A stretch of DNA of 64,000 nucleotides from assembly GCA_963775425.1 (NCBI GenBank), contig CAVZJB010000018.1, positions 192,001 to 256,000 on the forward strand, given 5' to 3'. Shown here piece after piece: positions 55,767 to 64,000 of this stretch (the stretch's first letter is position 1; the number at the start of each line of letters is the position of its first letter). Both the position numbers and the translations under genes were made by a program. A model generated the notes under the pieces. It was not told the DNA's origin. It searched no databases and saw only the letters and a list, made by a program, of their open reading frames with translations. Source of the DNA: an uncultured delta proteobacterium. Its GTDB lineage: Bacteria; Myxococcota; UBA727; VGSZ01.

Positions 55767-56321
55767 GTGAGCATCCTGAGCGACAAGCGCATCCGCGAGC
55801 TGGTGAAGTCCCACGGCATGATCGAGCCGTTTGTCGAGGGACAAAGGCGCGACGGCTGCATCTCCTACGGGCTCAGCTCGTACGGCTACGACGCGCGCGT
55901 GTCCCCGGAGTTCCTCATCTTCACCAACGTCGACAGCGCCGTCGTCGACCCCAAGGCGTTCTCCGACAAGGCCTTCGTCAAGCGCGAGACCGACGTCTGC
56001 ATCATCCCGCCCAACAGCTTCGCGCTCGCGCGCACCGTCGAGTACTTCCGGGTGCCGCGCGACGTCATGGTCATCTGCCTCGGCAAGTCCACCTACGCCC
56101 GCTGCGGCATCATCGTGAACGTCACGCCGCTCGAGCCGGAGTGGGAGGGGCACGTCACCCTCGAGTTCTCGAACACCACGCCGCTGCCCGCCAAGATCTA
56201 CGCGAACGAGGGCGCCTGCCAGTTCCTCTTCCTCGAGGGCGACCAGCCCTGCGAGGTGAGCTACCTCGACCGCAAGGGCAAGTACCAGGGCCAAAAGGGC
56301 GTCGTCCCCCCGCGGCTGTGA
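55767..56321 (+). CDS. dcd: dCTP deaminase
   Basis: '[11 protein letters not shown]', 'GKSTYARCG', '[10 protein letters not shown]', 'KIYANEG', 'KYQGQKGV'. Confidence 0.97.
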   Translation: MSILSDKRIRELVKSHGMIEPFVEGQRRDGCISYGLSSYGYDARVSPEFLIFTNVDSAVVDPKAFSDKAFVKRETDVCIIPPNSFALARTVEYFRVPRDVMVICLGKSTYARCGIIVNVTPLEPEWEGHVTLEFSNTTPLPAKIYANEGACQFLFLEGDQPCEVSYLDRKGKYQGQKGVVPPRL

Positions 56322-56330
56322 GACGTCCTG

Positions 56331-56336
56331 TGTCAA
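56331..56336 (-). promoter_or_regulatory. -35 box (TTGACA) of the IS110 circle-junction promoter
   Basis: Perfect TTGACA at the right end; lies 17 nt from CAACCT (57818-57813) only after circularisation. Confidence 0.75.
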
Positions 56337-56359
56337 CCACCGCGCTGCGTCACGCCATC

Positions 56360-57565
56360 TCAGGCGGCGAGCGCGGCGGCGCGGCCGTGAAGGGCCGGGT
56401 CGTACGGGACGCGGGCTTTCCAGCACGCGTACAGCACCCGGAGCCACGCACGAGCGAGGATGCGGGTCGCATGCGGGTGGTCGTGGCCGCGAGCGCGGGC
56501 AGCGTCGTAGAGGGCGGCGGCCCATGGCGAGCTGTGTCGCGAGTTGTCGGCCCAGAGGGTCACGGCGGAGCGCAGGTGCTTGTTGCACGCCCACCGGAAC
56601 GCGACGCCGACGTGCTTGCCGGACGCGAACGTTACGGGGCACACGCCAGCCTCGGCCTCGAGGTGCTCGTGGCTGTCGAAGCGCGCGCGCTCGTCGCCGA
56701 GCTCGCTGAGAATCTGCGCGGCGTTGATGCGTCCGCTGCGCGGAAACGACATCACGATGTGCCCGTCGGGGTGCGCCTCGACGGCGTGTTCGACGGCGGC
56801 GTTGAGCTTCTTGAGACGTGCGACGACGATGTCGAGGACCGCGACGAGGTGCTGCACGGCTTCCCCCTTCGCCTCGGCCTCCATCTCGCCGCACTTGCCG
56901 CTGGGCGCACCTCGCAAGCGGCCCAGGAGCTCGGCGACGTCCCTGCGACCGGAGTAGTGGTTGCGCGCCAGGAACGCTTCGAGCCGCTTCTCGCCGACGC
57001 GCTCGGCGTGCTGCGGTGTCGGGTACCTCCCGAGGAACGCCAGCGCGATGGGCGAGTCGATGTCGCGGAAGATGCACGCGGCGCCGGCCCAGAAGCTCTC
57101 AACGAGCGCGCGCAGCTGGTTCGCCAGTGCAACCCGCTCGGCAACGAGGTCGCCGCGTGCGCGAACGAGGGCACGCAGCGCCTTCGTCTCGTCTCCGAGC
57201 GGCGTGAGCGTCTTGAAGCGATGCCCATCGGTGCGCAGCAAGTCTGCCAGCAGGTAGCTGTCGCCGGGGTCGCTCTTGGCGCCAACGCTCGAGTAGCGCG
57301 GACGCGTCGCTTTCACGACGTTCGGGTGAATCGGCACGACGTGGAATCCCGCATCGACCAGCGTGTCGACGACGAGCCCCGTCGGCCGCTCGATGGCGAT
57401 GCGCAGCGGCGCTTCCTCAGTGAACCTACGGAGCTTCGCCACAGCGCCGGTGAGACCCTCCTCGGTGTGCTTGACGACGAGGCGGAGCACGACGCTGCCC
57501 TTGTCGTCGATGACGCAGACGGCGTGTTCGTTCGCCGCCCAATCCAAACCTGCAAAGTACGACAC
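56360..57565 (-). CDS. IS110 family DEDD recombinase/transposase
   Basis: 'AGLDWA', 'IAIERP', 'KSDPGDSY' (D-E-D-D); 'AGVCPVTFASGK' Ser loop; AAGGAGG RBS before GTG 57565. Confidence 0.95.
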   Translation of the reverse strand: MSYFAGLDWAANEHAVCVIDDKGSVVLRLVVKHTEEGLTGAVAKLRRFTEEAPLRIAIERPTGLVVDTLVDAGFHVVPIHPNVVKATRPRYSSVGAKSDPGDSYLLADLLRTDGHRFKTLTPLGDETKALRALVRARGDLVAERVALANQLRALVESFWAGAACIFRDIDSPIALAFLGRYPTPQHAERVGEKRLEAFLARNHYSGRRDVAELLGRLRGAPSGKCGEMEAEAKGEAVQHLVAVLDIVVARLKKLNAAVEHAVEAHPDGHIVMSFPRSGRINAAQILSELGDERARFDSHEHLEAEAGVCPVTFASGKHVGVAFRWACNKHLRSAVTLWADNSRHSSPWAAALYDAARARGHDHPHATRILARAWLRVLYACWKARVPYDPALHGRAAALAA

Positions 57566-57594
57566 GACGGACCTCCTTGTTGCGGTACCGTCCC

Positions 57595-57806
57595 CCGGGC
57601 TGGGAGCCTTGATCGGTTGCTCATTGACAGGCGCTCCGTCGTCGTCAGCAAACATCGTCGGGCGCAACGTCCTGTAGCCGCTTCAAGGCTCCCGGCTTCG
57701 TCGAGGGGGCGGGTCTCACAGGGGCCGTTCACCGGCAAGCGAGCGCGGCCCTCCCCGACGAAGCCCGGGAGACGGCGCCGGGAAGATCGCTCAACCCGTC
57801 ACCGCG
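57595..57806 (-). ncRNA. IS110 bridge RNA (5' stem-loop, target-binding loop, donor-binding loop); ends approximate
   Basis: Stems 57694-57703/57756-57765 and 57602-57612/57683-57693 enclose guides matching the flanks and the element ends. Confidence 0.88.
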
Positions 57807-57931
57807 GCGTAGAGGTTGTCCAATGAGCGCGGCAGGCGGCCCGCCGCGCCTGCAACCGGAATCCCCCGTCGTCAAGCGAGCGCTCGTCCGGCGTCCGGCG
57901 TGAGACACGCCCGCGGCGCGCGCCCTTTGTC

Positions 57932-59452
57932 GTGCCACAACCAGACGAGATGTCCGGGACCTACGCCGCCGTCCAGAAGCACCCGCGCTACCCGCTGGAG
58001 GTCCCCGTCGACGTCGTCACCCCGGCGGCGGAGGTGCAGCAGCTCGCGCTCGTCGACATCTCCCTCGGCGGCGTCTTCATCCGCACCGCGCGGCCGCCGC
58101 CGCCCGGGAGCGCCCTGCGCCTGCGCATCCGGACCGGGGAGGCCGCCGCGAGCCTCGGCCTCACGGGGCGGGTGGTCCACATCCTCGACGAGGACGAGGC
58201 CCGCAGGAAGGCGCACCCGCCCGGCATGGGCGTGCAGTTCGAGGGCATCTCGGAGCAGACGCGCGCCCAACTGCAGCGCCTCGTCGACGGGCTCGTCGAG
58301 GCCGCCCGCCGGGAGCGCGCCCGCCGCGGCGCCGTGCGCTTCGCGCCGCCTGCCGCGATCGTGGTGAGCCCCGAGCGCGGCGCGGTCGCCGCGCTGTGGG
58401 AGCAGGGGCTCAAGCACGGCGGGGTGTTCGTCGAGTGCCCGCAGGGGCCCCCGTTCGGCGCGCGGGTCGGCGTGTCCATCGGGCCGCTCACGCTCAAGGC
58501 CGACGTCGTGCACATCGACGCCGGCCGCGGCTTCGGCGTGCAGGTGCTCGACCTCGACGAAAAGAAGCGCGAGGCCCTGCTGCGCTTCGCCCAGGGGACG
58601 GCGGAGCACATCGCCGTCGAGGAGGTGCGCGTCGTCGGCCCGCCGCTCGGCAAGGTGCTCGCCGCCGCCCGCCGGCTCTTCACGGGCATCGACGAGGGCG
58701 ACCTCTTCGGCGGCGCCGGCCTCCCCGACACCGCCGGGGCCGACGAGGTCAAGGTGCGCGTCGCCGGCCTCGTGCGGCTGTTCTCGACCAGGCGCCCCGA
58801 CGCCACGCCGCCGCAGCAGGCGCGCATCGAGGCCGCGTCACGCGCCGCCGCCAAGCTCGAGCCGCTTCTGCTCGCGCGCGTGGCGGCGCTGCGCAAGGAG
58901 GCGGAGCTGGCGCCGGCGCAGCTCGACGAGAGCGATCGCGTGCGGGAGCTCGTCGCCGAAGCGCAGCGGCTCATGGCGAAGGAGCCTGCGTCGGCGCGGC
59001 GCGTGTTGTTGAGCGCGCTCGAGATCGCCCCCGATGACGACGACGTCATGCGGCGGCTCGCGGCGCTCAACGAGACCATGGACTTCGCCCGCGCCGTGGA
59101 CCTCGTGAAGAGCGCCGACGTCTTCGTGCAGGGCGTGGGCATGCGCGCGGAGGCGGTGCAGCGCGCGCGCGAGGCCGCGCGGCTGACGCGGCGCCGCGAG
59201 GTGCGCCTGCTCGCGGTGCGCGTGCTCGCCAAGGCGGGCGAGCCCGACGACGCGGCCCTGCTCGCCGAGGAGCTGGTCGACGCGGACCCGCGGGACGCGC
59301 TCGGGTGGCAGGCGCTCCTCGCCGTCAACGAGCGGCGCGAGGACTGGCGCGGCGCCGCGCGCGCCGGTGAGGCCCTGCTGCGCCTGAAGCCCGGCGACCC
59401 CGCCTTGAAGAAGCGCGTGGCCAAGGCGGTGGAGCGGGCGCGCCGCGGCTGA
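57932..59452 (+). CDS. PilZ-domain protein (PilZ x2, J-like helical region, TPR-like repeats)
   Basis: 'QKHPRYPL', 'DISLGGVFI', 'PPGMGVQF'; C-terminal TPR-like helices. Confidence 0.85.
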   Translation: MPQPDEMSGTYAAVQKHPRYPLEVPVDVVTPAAEVQQLALVDISLGGVFIRTARPPPPGSALRLRIRTGEAAASLGLTGRVVHILDEDEARRKAHPPGMGVQFEGISEQTRAQLQRLVDGLVEAARRERARRGAVRFAPPAAIVVSPERGAVAALWEQGLKHGGVFVECPQGPPFGARVGVSIGPLTLKADVVHIDAGRGFGVQVLDLDEKKREALLRFAQGTAEHIAVEEVRVVGPPLGKVLAAARRLFTGIDEGDLFGGAGLPDTAGADEVKVRVAGLVRLFSTRRPDATPPQQARIEAASRAAAKLEPLLLARVAALRKEAELAPAQLDESDRVRELVAEAQRLMAKEPASARRVLLSALEIAPDDDDVMRRLAALNETMDFARAVDLVKSADVFVQGVGMRAEAVQRAREAARLTRRREVRLLAVRVLAKAGEPDDAALLAEELVDADPRDALGWQALLAVNERREDWRGAARAGEALLRLKPGDPALKKRVAKAVERARRG

Positions 59453-59474
59453 CCCGCCGCGTTAGGCTGTCCGC

Positions 59475-60371
59475 ATGTCCGAGCCGGGCCCGACGGAGCG
59501 CCGCCTCGCCGCGCGCCACGACGTCGAGATCGACGTCGATCTGCACACCAAGAGGGAGCGCATCCCGCTGCGCGCCCTCGACGTCAGCCGCCACGGCCTG
59601 TTCGTCCAGACCAAGGACCCCGCGCCCGTGGGCCACGCGGTGCTCCTCACCGTGCGCTTGCGCGGCGGCCCCTTCGAGGCCATGGCCACGGTGGCGCGCA
59701 GGGAGACGGACCTGCGCCACGGCCCCATGGGCATGGGCCTCAAGCTCTTCTGCCTCGGCGCCGACGCCAAGGCGCGCTGGGACGGCTTCGTGGCGTCGCT
59801 CGAGAGCCCGGGCGTGGCGCTGCCGACGAGGACGAGCGCCCGCGGCGCGTGCTTCCTGGTGCAGCCCGACGACCCACAGGACCTGCTGTTGTTCTTCCTG
59901 AAAAACGTCGTCGGCGCGAGCACGTTTCATTGCGCGCCGGCGGTGCGCACGATCGGCGCGCCGGTGAGCGTGGTGCTCGTGCACCCGAAGACGCACGCGG
60001 AGTGGGCGCTGCCGGCGAGGGTCGTCGAGTGGAGCGCCGACCACCCGCTGCGCATGGGCATTCGCTTCGACCCCGTCGACCGCGAAGGCCGCGGCGCCTT
60101 CAAGGAATTCCTCGGCGACGTCGCGGGCGCAGCGGCCCTCTCGGGGACGCCGCCGGCGCCCGCCGCGCCGCTCGTCGCGCAACAGCGCCCGCGCTGGACC
60201 GAGTACGCCCTGTACTCCCCCAAGCTGCGCGTGCAGCCGCCCGAGGAGGTGCTGCTCCTCGAAGAGGAGGCCCTCGACGTCATCGAGGGCGAGCTTCTGG
60301 ATCTCGAGGAGCTCGAGCTCATCGACAAAAGAGAGCTCTTCGACTTCTCCTGGAGCAACGACGACGACTGA
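59475..60371 (+). CDS. Tandem PilZ-domain protein with acidic tail
   Basis: 'ERRLAARH' (RxxxR), 'DVSRHGLF' (DxSxxG), second 'ARVVEW....RMGIRF'. Confidence 0.85.
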   Translation: MSEPGPTERRLAARHDVEIDVDLHTKRERIPLRALDVSRHGLFVQTKDPAPVGHAVLLTVRLRGGPFEAMATVARRETDLRHGPMGMGLKLFCLGADAKARWDGFVASLESPGVALPTRTSARGACFLVQPDDPQDLLLFFLKNVVGASTFHCAPAVRTIGAPVSVVLVHPKTHAEWALPARVVEWSADHPLRMGIRFDPVDREGRGAFKEFLGDVAGAAALSGTPPAPAAPLVAQQRPRWTEYALYSPKLRVQPPEEVLLLEEEALDVIEGELLDLEELELIDKRELFDFSWSNDDD

Positions 60372-60747
60372 AAGGCTGACGAATTACAAGGCTCGTAGCA
60401 GCACTCGGCGAAGCCGCCCACAAGGTGGCTCGCCGCGCGGAGTACGTGGCGAGGCACGTCGGCGCGCAAGAACCGCTGCAGGTTGTGAGCCGACGATCCA
60501 ACGGAAGGCGTCGTCGTTCGTCGTCAGCCGGGTGCTCGGGGCCGATGAGGTCGTCCACGGCCCTGGGTCTTCAGCTTGGGCGCTCGGAATCAGCGAAGGC
60601 TAGACAACGTCGCCACCGCCGGAGCGGAAAGGAGCGGAGAGCTCGGCGCCCCGGCGCTCAACTCGGCGCGCGTCTTCGTCGCCACCGCCGGAGCTCCTTT
60701 CCGCTCCGCACCGTCCCCTTCCGGGTGGCTCGGATCAACGCGTCAGC
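60368..60747 (-). mobile_element. Family B element copy 2 (inverted, with a different core of about 85 bp)
   Basis: 60368-60489 is the reverse complement of 20588-20708; 60574-60747 is the reverse complement of 19947-20141 with small indels. Confidence 0.8.
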
Positions 60748-60756
60748 TTCGCTGCT

Positions 60757-61113
60757 TCAGGCGGTGAAGCCGCGCCGCGGCCGCGGCGGCGGGGGGCGCC
60801 CGGTCCCCTGGCACCTGCCGCCGCGCCCGCAGTGCCCCTGGAGCCCGACGAGCTCGAGGTTCGCCGCGGGGAGACGGTCTGCGCTGCCGCCCTGGAACTG
60901 CTGGCGGATCGCGTCCTCCGCGCTCTTGGCGAGCGAGCGGGCGCTGTCGACGATGCTCTGGGCGACGTTGGTCTTGGTGTCCGCCTTGGGGTCCACCGGG
61001 GTCGCGGTGGCGCCCACGGCCGGCGCGGCGCCGTCTGCGTCGGGCTTGGACGGGAGCGAGGACAGGCGCTGCTGCTGGGCCACCGAGGTCTGCGAGGTGC
61101 GGTCGATGCTCAT
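60757..61113 (-). CDS. Hypothetical protein
   Basis: GGAGGA RBS, GC3-biased codons; no recognisable motif. Confidence 0.6.
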   Translation of the reverse strand: MSIDRTSQTSVAQQQRLSSLPSKPDADGAAPAVGATATPVDPKADTKTNVAQSIVDSARSLAKSAEDAIRQQFQGGSADRLPAANLELVGLQGHCGRGGRCQGTGRPPPPRPRRGFTA

Positions 61114-61217
61114 GGGTCCTCCCGGGCGCGCCTGCGCCGCCCTCGGATTGTCGGCTCAGATCCGGGCGGCGCCCTTCGGCCAAGCTGTTGAGCGAGCCGC
61201 CCCTACAGCGGCGCAGC

Positions 61218-63125
61218 TCAGTGGGTCGCCGGGGCCTGGCCGGCCTGGGGCGTCCAGGTCGACGGCGGGTATTCGTAGAGCGGGTCGAAGTCGTCCGGGC
61301 TCGACACCGTATGGAAGGCGATGTCCGCGATCGCGGCGCCGAGGGGGGCGCCGACGGCGACGGTGAGCCTGGCCTTGCCCGCGTCCTTGAGGGCCGCGAT
61401 GCGCCGGAAGAGCGCCAGGAGATCTCCGGCCGGCGCGGTGGTGGCCTGCTCGATCAGCCGCTCGCGCTCGAGCACCAGCGGGTCGAGGAGCCCGTGGACG
61501 ACGGCGCGGTCCTTATGCCCCGCGTCGATGAGGTGGTCGACGGCGCGCCGGCGCAGCTCGGCCTGGGCGCGCAGGTACTCGAGCCCGCCCTGCGCGAGGC
61601 CCTGCTGGATCACCTCGGGCGTGTCCGGCGGCAGCCAGCGCACGGGGGCGGAGGAGTCGTAGTCCCACATGTCGAGCTCCTCGGTGGCAAGCTTGGCGTT
61701 GCCGAGGTCCTTGAGCACCGCGCGGGCCTCGTCGACGGCGCCGGCGTCGCTGCCGTGCCCGCGGAGCTTCTTCAGGCGCGCGCGCAGCAGCGCGATGAGG
61801 CGGTCCGCGACGGCCGCCGAGGTGTGCTCGTCGACGTGGGCCATGTCCGCCATGGCCAGGAACACGGCGCGGTGCACGATCGGGTTTTCGACGAGGGCGG
61901 TGTCCAGGTACGCGTCGGTGCGCTCCTGCGCCGACGGCGCGCGCAACAGGAGGAAGACGACGGCGCAGACGGCGGCGGCGCACAGCGCGGCGCCGGAGAG
62001 CGCGGCGACCAGGCGGCGGGGGGCGGCGCGCTTGTTCGGGCCCGGCGCCGGCCGGTCCTTCTTGGTGATGGCCTCCGTGCCGCCGAAGACCGAGCGCGTC
62101 ACGGGCGTCGCCGACGGGGTGCGCTCCCGCCCGGAGGACGACGACGTGATGGGCGGGTAGTCGCGCACCACGCGCATGGTCTGATCGGGCCCGGCCTCGA
62201 TGCGCTCCTGCCGCTCCCGCAGCGCGTCGCCGGCGACGGCCTCGACGAACGCCGCCACCGCGCGCTGCCCGAGCTCGGCGCGCGTCTCCGGCAACGTGGC
62301 CTCGATGGCGGCGGCGACGTCGGCGAGGGAGCGGTAGCGCTTGCCCGGGTTGCGGTCGAGCATGCGCATCACGATCTTGTCGAGCGGCGCCGCGTCCGCG
62401 CGCTTCGACGACGGCGGCGGCACCTTGCGCGCGAGCACGCGCCGCAGCGTGTCCTGCGGCGAATGCGCCTTGAACAGCGGCTCGCCCACGAGCAGCTCCC
62501 ACAGGACGATGCCGAGGGAGAACTGGTCCGCCGCCGCCGTGGTCTCGTCGCCGCGCGCCTGCTCCGGCGCCATGTACGACAGAGTTCCTGGCACCTGGCC
62601 CGTGGCCGTGTGCGAGAGCCGGTGCTCGCTCTTGGCGATGCCGAAGTCGCCGATCTTGGAGACGCCGTCGGTGCGCACGAAGATGTTCTTGGGCGCGACG
62701 TCGCGGTGAACGATGCGCAGCGGGCGCCCGTCGACGTCGTGCGCGTCGTGCGCGTGGGCGAGGCCGCGGGCGGCGTCGGCGATGATGCGCGCGACGACGA
62801 CGATGGGGAAGCGGATCTCCTTCTTCTTGGCGAGCCGCCGGAGCGCGCCGGCGTTTTCGCCGTGCACGTACTCGAGGGCGAGGAAGGGACCGTCGTCGTC
62901 GCCGACCTCGAGGATGGACACCACGTTTTCGTGCGAGAGCGCGGCGGCCACGCGCGCCTCGTCGAGGAAGCGGTGCATGGCGTCCTCGTCGCCCTCGACC
63001 TGCGGCAGCAGGCGCTTGAGCACCACCGTGCGCCGGAAGCCGCCCATCCCCTCCTGGCGCGCAAGGAACACCTCGCCCATGCCGCCGACGGCGATGCGCT
63101 CGAGCGTCGTGTACCTCACTCCCAT
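61218..63125 (-). CDS. Membrane Ser/Thr kinase with helical extracytoplasmic domain
   Basis: GGMGEV, VVLK, HRDVAPKN, DFG, GTLSYMAPEQ; one TM 'ALCAAAVCAVVFLLL'. Confidence 0.92.
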   Translation of the reverse strand: MGVRYTTLERIAVGGMGEVFLARQEGMGGFRRTVVLKRLLPQVEGDEDAMHRFLDEARVAAALSHENVVSILEVGDDDGPFLALEYVHGENAGALRRLAKKKEIRFPIVVVARIIADAARGLAHAHDAHDVDGRPLRIVHRDVAPKNIFVRTDGVSKIGDFGIAKSEHRLSHTATGQVPGTLSYMAPEQARGDETTAAADQFSLGIVLWELLVGEPLFKAHSPQDTLRRVLARKVPPPSSKRADAAPLDKIVMRMLDRNPGKRYRSLADVAAAIEATLPETRAELGQRAVAAFVEAVAGDALRERQERIEAGPDQTMRVVRDYPPITSSSSGRERTPSATPVTRSVFGGTEAITKKDRPAPGPNKRAAPRRLVAALSGAALCAAAVCAVVFLLLRAPSAQERTDAYLDTALVENPIVHRAVFLAMADMAHVDEHTSAAVADRLIALLRARLKKLRGHGSDAGAVDEARAVLKDLGNAKLATEELDMWDYDSSAPVRWLPPDTPEVIQQGLAQGGLEYLRAQAELRRRAVDHLIDAGHKDRAVVHGLLDPLVLERERLIEQATTAPAGDLLALFRRIAALKDAGKARLTVAVGAPLGAAIADIAFHTVSSPDDFDPLYEYPPSTWTPQAGQAPATH

Positions 63126-63266
63126 CTCGACCGAGGATATCGCCAATCTCCGGGCAGCGGTCGGGCCGCTCCGCCAATCTCCGGATGCCGCGGCGCCGGC
63201 ACCCACCCGCCCGCCCGCCCGGCGCGCCGCTTGCGGCCGGTCGGGCGCATCGCCAAGACCAGACGG

Positions 63267-63968
63267 ATGCGCGTCGCCACCTTCAACATCTGGGGCCTGC
63301 CCCCGCCCTTGTCCTGGCCGCCGCGCCGACGCCGCTACCCGCGCGTGCGCGGCTTCCTCGCTCAAGGCGCCTTCGACGTCGTCGGCCTGCAGGAGCTGTG
63401 GCGCCCGCACCCGAGGAGCTTCCCCGTCTCCGCCTGGAGCGCGCACCTCGTCGTGCCCGGCGACGACGACGCCAACTCCGGCCTCGCCCTCGCGCTGCGC
63501 GGCCCCGCGCTCGAGGTCGTGCACCGGCCCTACGACGCGGGCGCCCGCTTCTTCGAGGCGGTGTGGACGCGCAAGGGCTTCCTGCACGCGCGCCTGCCCG
63601 ACGTCGACGTGTTCACCACGCACCTGCAGGCCTACGACACCATGAAGGACGCCGCCGTGCGCGCGCGCCAGGTGGACCTGCTGCTCGAGGCCGTGGACGC
63701 CGTGAGCCGGCCCACCGTCGTCATGGGCGACTTCAACCTCCACGGGCAAAACCGCGAGGACCGGGCCACGGTGAAGCGCATCGAGGGGGCCGGCCTCGTC
63801 GACGCCGTGCTGCCCTTCGATCCGTCGCCGACCTGGTCGGTGCTCGGCCGCAGCCAGCGCTACGACCGCATCTACGTGAAGGGCCTCGAGCCGGTGTCCG
63901 CCCACGTCGACCGCACGCGCTTGTCTGACCACCACCCCGTCGTCGCCGAGCTCAGGCCGGCCACCTGA
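63267..63968 (+). CDS. Endonuclease/exonuclease/phosphatase (sphingomyelinase-like) family protein
   Basis: 'ATFNIWG', 'GLQE', 'TTHLQ', 'MGDFN', 'YDRIY', 'LSDHHPV'. Confidence 0.92.
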   Translation: MRVATFNIWGLPPPLSWPPRRRRYPRVRGFLAQGAFDVVGLQELWRPHPRSFPVSAWSAHLVVPGDDDANSGLALALRGPALEVVHRPYDAGARFFEAVWTRKGFLHARLPDVDVFTTHLQAYDTMKDAAVRARQVDLLLEAVDAVSRPTVVMGDFNLHGQNREDRATVKRIEGAGLVDAVLPFDPSPTWSVLGRSQRYDRIYVKGLEPVSAHVDRTRLSDHHPVVAELRPAT

Positions 63969-64000
63969 GCGTCGCGTCTTGGTCACGCGCGGAACCTGGC

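Larger units (their letters stand above)
56319..57827 (-). mobile_element. Complete IS110-family element, bounded by TGAG at 56319-56322 and 57824-57827
   Basis: Recombinase ORF, about 260-nt non-coding 5' end, short 3' end, no long terminal IRs, shared core at both junctions. Confidence 0.92.

Overview
Very GC-rich, gene-dense bacterial chromosomal window with a Myxococcota-like gene set: seven Hanks-type Ser/Thr kinase domains, an FHA-sigma54 activator, PilZ, DUF4388 and PEGA proteins, an ECF sigma/anti-sigma pair and Cys-rich lipoproteins. The taxon is inferred from gene content only. About 50 genes can be supported, including glnA, glnB, dcd, dispersed dmpF/dmpG/dmpH, a SNF2 ATPase, a class III cyclase and a REC-GGDEF-EAL protein. 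No rRNA, tRNA or CRISPR array was seen. Main points: (1) a tightly coupled minus-strand operon (42177->35271) encodes two intact kinases, a DUF455 di-iron protein, an apparently dead plus an apparently active ATP-grasp paralog, and a bacterial histone with a zinc finger, a Ser/Pro linker and two tandem Bd0055-like histone folds; it converges on a SNF2 gene. (2) A complete IS110 element (56319-57827) has a bridge RNA readable from the sequence: all four guide segments match the actual insertion site and the circle junction, and a junction-only promoter forms. (3) Two families of structured intergenic repeats are present. (4) A YceI/globin/kinase/YceI-dihaem cytochrome operon. Several single-base frameshifts in otherwise intact genes suggest indel sequencing errors. 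Family assignments are from motif recognition, not database searches.
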